From Alphaproteobacteria bacterium (GTDB lineage: Bacteria; Pseudomonadota; Alphaproteobacteria; MPNO01; UBA830), in contig OZ219791.1 of NCBI GenBank assembly GCA_964291215.2, forward strand, positions 128,001-192,000: a DNA stretch of 64,000 bases, read 5' to 3'. This document shows positions 63,917-64,000 of the stretch, piece by piece. The notes beneath the pieces are model-generated. The model was not told the origin of the DNA, did not search any database, and saw nothing but the letters and a program-made list of their open reading frames with translations. The position numbers and the translations under genes were made by a program. Positions within the stretch are counted from its first letter, which is position 1. Each line of letters begins with the position of its first letter.

Positions 63917-64000
63917 ATGGCGAAACTGATCGAGGTCCTGAACGATCTCGTGGTGGCCAACCGGATTCTGGCGAAGGAAGGGGTCGTCGACGCTTTCGGG
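63917..64000 (+). CDS. Class II aldolase/adducin family protein, partial
   Basis: LNDLVVANRILAKEGVVDAFG N-terminal pattern. Confidence 0.7.
   Translation, partial: MAKLIEVLNDLVVANRILAKEGVVDAFG

Overview
This is a GC-rich alphaproteobacterial chromosome segment; the rRNA operon, the TIGR02300 gene and the metX-metW and chorismate mutase-hisC-tyrA genes all fit that group. Intact core: a minus-strand rRNA operon (16S, tRNA-Ile, tRNA-Ala, 23S, 5S, tRNA-fMet), an NADH:flavin oxidoreductase, chorismate mutase-hisC-tyrA, metX-metW, a methyltransferase, gloB, a GST, a FitA/VapC toxin-antitoxin pair, a TbpB-like surface lipoprotein next to a truncated Slam, and tRNA-Ala(GGC). More than half of the window is nested, decayed mobile DNA (IS66, IS630, IS30, IS256, ISAs1, IS1634, IS110, ISAzo13, ISKra4-like, ISNCY-like). 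The most striking structure is a group II intron system. An RT-encoding intron sits antisense at one site in an IS66 transposase and forms a seamless head-to-tail triplet there. It is itself invaded in domain I by a second, ORF-less group II intron, which also appears to insert into itself. Family assignments come from motif recognition by eye, not database searches, and the pervasive micro-deletions in repeated elements could be partly assembly or polishing artefacts.
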